The notes under the pieces are model-generated. The model had not been told where the DNA came from and did not search any database. It was given only the letters and a program-made list of their open reading frames with translations. From Lama guanicoe (Eukaryota), in contig MU054204.1 of assembly GCA_013239625.1 (NCBI GenBank), forward strand, positions 1,053,537-1,117,536: DNA of 64,000 bases. Direction: 5' to 3'. Positions within the stretch are counted from its first letter, which is position 1; each line of letters starts with the position of its first letter. Made by a program: the position numbers and the translations under genes. This document shows, piece by piece, positions 63,488 through 64,000 of the stretch.

Positions 63488-63828
63488 GGAGGAACTCATG
63501 CCTTAAGGTGTAGTCAGAAACAATAACAATCTTACTGTCAGACAATTATAAGAAAAGGCCAATAGTCTCAGGAAACTAGTACTAAAAGACAAAACAGCAA
63601 ATCAGCCAGAAGTTTAACAGATAGAAACAGGAAACAGACAGCTCGAAAGTTCCCTATTAAGATCATACTTCTCCCTGGGGGTTGTGCATCTGTGTCAGAC
63701 TGCACCTAGTAAAAAGCAACTGATGCAGGCACTTGAGAGCTATTGGTCTCCACTAGAACATGCAGCAGAATGTAAAGCATTCACCACATCAATCATAAAT
63801 CTATCAACAAATGCCTGAACACTTACTG

Positions 63829-64000
63829 GTGTAGGGAAGGAAAATGTTTTCCTTGACCCTCTTAGGGTCCCTGGCTGGACCTGTTAATTAAACTGACAAA
63901 GACAGATTTAGAGGAGAAAAGCATACAAATTTAGTTAATATAGGTTTTATATGATACAGAAGCCTTCATAAGAAAATGAAGACCCAAAGAAACAGACCTA
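63829..64000 (-). mobile_element. MER34/MER39-like LTR, partial (runs off the window)
   Basis: tgtagggaaggaaaa...actgacaaagacagatt closely parallels the LTR at 22177. Confidence 0.7.

Overview
Mammalian genomic DNA, most likely camelid (alpaca/camel), judged from tRNA-Ala-derived vic-1-type SINEs and the young L1 3' tails. It is probably X-linked because it carries a PAGE/GAGE/XAGE-family gene (inference). The left end holds the 5' half of a spliced PAGE4-like cancer-testis gene on the minus strand. Its coding exons are 1286-1363 and 444-549, and its CpG-rich first-exon/promoter module appears tandemly duplicated (~1720-2140 and ~2205-2670). About 4.5 kb upstream lies the most unusual element: a ~10.4-kb, strand-biased, degenerate tandem array (7162-17625) of a ~76-bp monomer built from 37-bp and 39-bp related halves. 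It shows a ~0.73-0.88-kb higher-order structure, and I cannot assign it to a satellite family I know. The rest is repeat-dense intergenic DNA: a young 5'-truncated L1 with an unbroken 972-codon ORF2 frame and TSDs, a doubly truncated L1, many L1 3' fragments (nested, inverted, possibly transducing), ERV/MaLR solo LTRs, MER2 and MIR/L2 relics. It also holds an intron-retaining tRNA-Ile(TAT) pseudogene and an unexplained 96-bp TSD-flanked insert. Repeat subfamily names come from recalled consensus sequences and were not verified by search.
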